The notes under the pieces are model-generated. The model ran no database searches. It was not told the origin of the DNA and was given only the letters and a program-made list of their open reading frames with translations. A stretch of 64,000 nucleotides of DNA from an uncultured bacterium (GTDB lineage: Bacteria; Babelota; Babeliae; Babelales; RVW-14): positions 32,001-96,000 of the forward strand of contig CAVXAT010000011.1 of assembly GCA_963759805.1 (NCBI GenBank). Reading direction: 5' to 3'. Of the stretch, positions 61,340-64,000 are shown one piece after another (position 1 is the first letter of the stretch; each line of letters starts with the position of its first letter). A program made the translations under genes and the position numbers.

Positions 61340-63256
61340 ATGCCAAAACTCTTCACAATAAAACGCATATTTATAATAGGCTTCGCGTTTTTCACCATAA
61401 TCACCGGAGTCTGTTTTTTCCTACTCGAACGTGAATGGGTCGACCTTTCCATGCTCGAGCTTTACTCAAGCACATCTGCATCCGTAATTCTTGATGATGA
61501 AGGTGTAGAATTTGCACGATTTGAATGTGACAGACGCACTCCGATCCCATTTGAAAAAATACCCACAATTCTTGTGCAAGCGTTTATAGCGGCAGAAGAT
61601 CATGACTTTTTCACCCACCCGGGAATATCGGTAAAAAGTATTGTCCGTTCATTCTTAATAAATTTATATCACCATCGAATAGTTCAAGGGGCAAGCACTA
61701 TCACACAGCAACTTGCAAGGCTAATGTACTTAACATATGAACGAACTTTTTATCGTAAATTTCAGGAACTATTTTTGGCTTTACAACTCGAACAGCAACT
61801 AAGTAAACAACAAATTTTTGAACTTTATGTTAATAATATTTACTTTGGACAAGGAATTTATGGTATTGAAGCTGCATGTAAAAGATTTTGGAATAAACAA
61901 CTCAATGACATAACTGTTGATGAAGCTGCAACACTTGCAGCTGTTGCAAACTCTGCAAGAATCTACTCCCCTCTCAACTCCACAAAAAATTCACGCCGCC
62001 GTAGGAATATCATTCTTAAAAGCATGCTAAAATTAGGCTTTATCAGCCAGGACCAATTTGATCAAAGTTCAAAAACAAAAATCAAAATTGTAGATTACAT
62101 GCCGGGAAGCCCAATCAAGCTTTACATTCAAGAATGGATTAGAGCCTGGGCCGAAAATAAGTTTGGTAAAGAGGCTCTGTACAAAACACATCTCAAAATA
62201 AAAACTACCATCAATCCGGACATGCAAAACATTGCAGAACAAGCTTATGCCCCTGTGATTTACGGATTACGAAAACAACATGGTGATAACCTAAATGGCG
62301 GAGTAATTTCAATCGAATCTAGCACCGGAAAAATCAAACTGTTTATAGGTGGAATGGATTTTAAAAAATCTCAATATAACCGAGCACTTCAGGCCAAACG
62401 ACAGATGGGTTCATCATTTAAACCAATTTTATACTCTTTTGCAATATCTAAGGGCTACCAATTCGATGCCACTTTTGTTGACGAACCAATCGAAATTACT
62501 ATGCCCAATGGACAAATATATGCACCAAAAAATTGGGATGGGCAATTTGATGGACTTATGACATTGGCCAAAGCTCTCACCGATTCAAAAAATACTATTG
62601 CAGTTAAACTATATCTCGAGATATACAAATATTTCGATTGGCTACCATGGATTAAAAACTTTGGAATAATGGCAGATATCCCACTATACCCATCATCCGC
62701 TCTTGGAACAGCAGAGGTAACTCCTGAAGAAAATTGCGCCGCTTTCAACGTATTTGCAAACAATGGGGTTTATGTAAAACCTTATCTCATAGAATGGGTT
62801 AAAAATGAACGTGGGGAAAAAATCTGGGAAAACGAACCTGCAAGCCATAAGGTCCTTGATCCGAAAATAAACTCAGTCATGATCTGCGCACTAAGCCAAC
62901 GCATGATTTTGAACAAAAACTTTTTGGGGAAAAATAACTGGTTTGAGGCAGACTCGATCGGCAAAAGCGGCACTACAAACGGCGCTGTTTCTACCTGGTT
63001 TGTAGGAGCAACCCCTGAACTAACAACGGCAGTTTACATTGGTCGGGATGATAATAAACCAATGGGAGAGTCAGTTTTCGCAAGCAGGACAGCCCTTCCA
63101 ATCTGGCTTGAGATAAACAGAAAAATTAAGTGTGATAAAAAACACTTTTACATTGATCCTACGCTGGAAGAAACTAATATAAACTGGCGAACGGGTGAAT
63201 ATTCTGTTGAACGTCCATACGTTGATCCTGATATTATTAAAATTCTGAAACATTGA
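61340..63256 (+). CDS. Class A penicillin-binding protein (PBP1A family)
   Basis: Transglycosylase motifs AEDHDF and GASTITQQLAR; transpeptidase motifs SSFK, SKN and KSGT. Confidence 0.94.
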   Translation: MPKLFTIKRIFIIGFAFFTIITGVCFFLLEREWVDLSMLELYSSTSASVILDDEGVEFARFECDRRTPIPFEKIPTILVQAFIAAEDHDFFTHPGISVKSIVRSFLINLYHHRIVQGASTITQQLARLMYLTYERTFYRKFQELFLALQLEQQLSKQQIFELYVNNIYFGQGIYGIEAACKRFWNKQLNDITVDEAATLAAVANSARIYSPLNSTKNSRRRRNIILKSMLKLGFISQDQFDQSSKTKIKIVDYMPGSPIKLYIQEWIRAWAENKFGKEALYKTHLKIKTTINPDMQNIAEQAYAPVIYGLRKQHGDNLNGGVISIESSTGKIKLFIGGMDFKKSQYNRALQAKRQMGSSFKPILYSFAISKGYQFDATFVDEPIEITMPNGQIYAPKNWDGQFDGLMTLAKALTDSKNTIAVKLYLEIYKYFDWLPWIKNFGIMADIPLYPSSALGTAEVTPEENCAAFNVFANNGVYVKPYLIEWVKNERGEKIWENEPASHKVLDPKINSVMICALSQRMILNKNFLGKNNWFEADSIGKSGTTNGAVSTWFVGATPELTTAVYIGRDDNKPMGESVFASRTALPIWLEINRKIKCDKKHFYIDPTLEETNINWRTGEYSVERPYVDPDIIKILKH

Positions 63257-63260
63257 GATG

Positions 63261-64000
63261 CTAAGCATTAACCTGTGTTTTTATAACAAAATATCCACGC
63301 TCTTCAAAAAACGTTGCAACTTTTGATTGTAGATCAATCTCCGGCGTAAGTGCAAAAACCAACCCGCCACGCCCGGTGCCGGTAAGTTTTGCACCCAATG
63401 CGCCAAGCTCACAAGCTTTATCAGTAATCATATCAAGTTCAGGACAAGAAACCCCAAGTGCTTGTAATAATTTTTGGTTTTTATTCATGTACATGCCAAG
63501 TTTTTCTAAATTATTATTTTCAAGCGCATCCAAGCCAAGAGAAAAAATATCTCTGTACTGTTCGAAAATTATTTTTGTTTTATCCGGATTTTTTTCAATA
63601 AAATCACGCACAGATGATACAACTTGTTTGATATTCGTTTGCTTGCCACTATCGATAATGACAATTCTGATTGGATTGGAAATTTGAATTTTTGAATAAG
63701 AAAACGCAGGAGTAAAGAAGCCCGCTCGTGGTGAGTGCGCACCTTGTGCGCGTATCGAACCATCACCCGAAGGGTGACGGGCAGAATCTCTACAAAATTT
63801 TATTACCCCACCAAAAACAGCCGCAGTATTATCAATGCCACTGGGAGTGCCATGCACGGCAAATTCTCCCTCAAACGCCGCTTGATTAACCTCTTCATCG
63901 CCCAAATTAAGATTAAATTTAGAATTTACTGCACGGGCAAAAGATGCTGCAGCCGCCGCGCTTGAGCCAACCCCTCCGCAGGTTACGGGTAGTGTACCTG
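63261..64000 (-). CDS. mvk: Mevalonate kinase (5' end beyond the right edge) with in-frame repeat insertion
   Basis: GVGSSAAAAA near 63950-63975, HGTPSGIDN and GAKLTGTGRGG motifs. Confidence 0.92.
   Translation of the reverse strand, partial: GTLPVTCGGVGSSAAAAASFARAVNSKFNLNLGDEEVNQAAFEGEFAVHGTPSGIDNTAAVFGGVIKFCRDSARHPSGDGSIRAQGAHSPRAGFFTPAFSYSKIQISNPIRIVIIDSGKQTNIKQVVSSVRDFIEKNPDKTKIIFEQYRDIFSLGLDALENNNLEKLGMYMNKNQKLLQALGVSCPELDMITDKACELGALGAKLTGTGRGGLVFALTPEIDLQSKVATFFEERGYFVIKTQVNA
63720..63782 (+). repeat. Family A element (63 bp, in frame in mvk)
   Basis: GCCCG-CTCGTGGTGAGTG-CGCACCTTGTGCG-CGTATCGAACCA-TCACCCGAAGGGTGA-CGGGC. Confidence 0.9.

Noticed and set aside
1..64000. tRNA or rRNA genes
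   Set aside because: No cloverleaf or rRNA signature recognised by eye; GGTTCGA occurrences belong to family A repeats.

Overview
AT-rich bacterial chromosomal segment. The gene content (mevalonate pathway, many signal-peptide-bearing ankyrin/F-box/WD40 proteins, Fic, reduced housekeeping set) fits an intracellular parasite of eukaryotes, most likely Dependentiae/Babelota (TM6); this is inference. Housekeeping genes (P-type ATPase, rlmN, pmk/mvd/mvk, cdsA, truA, rpoD-dnaG, lgt, murG, dciA, rarA, murJ, lolD, lon, rpsF/rpsR, typA, PBP1A) are interleaved with candidate secreted effectors, one IS982 and one IS200-type element. The strongest signal is a two-tier system of small GC-rich palindromic elements. 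Family A (core CGCTCGTGGTGAG...TCGAACCAT, covarying form CGCTC.TCCTGAG...TCGAAGGAT; 9 copies) and family B (exactly 36 bp in 4 clean copies, always at GYTC^A, no target duplication) sit in frame inside rlmN, pmk, truA, mvk and a TPR gene. B is nested in A three times and A in A once. Other notable items: signal peptides that appear to leave Met as the first mature residue, a two-giant-protein plus beta-barrel operon, a Fic-bounded effector island, and a candidate anti-SD sRNA. Several single-base frameshifts may be assembly errors.
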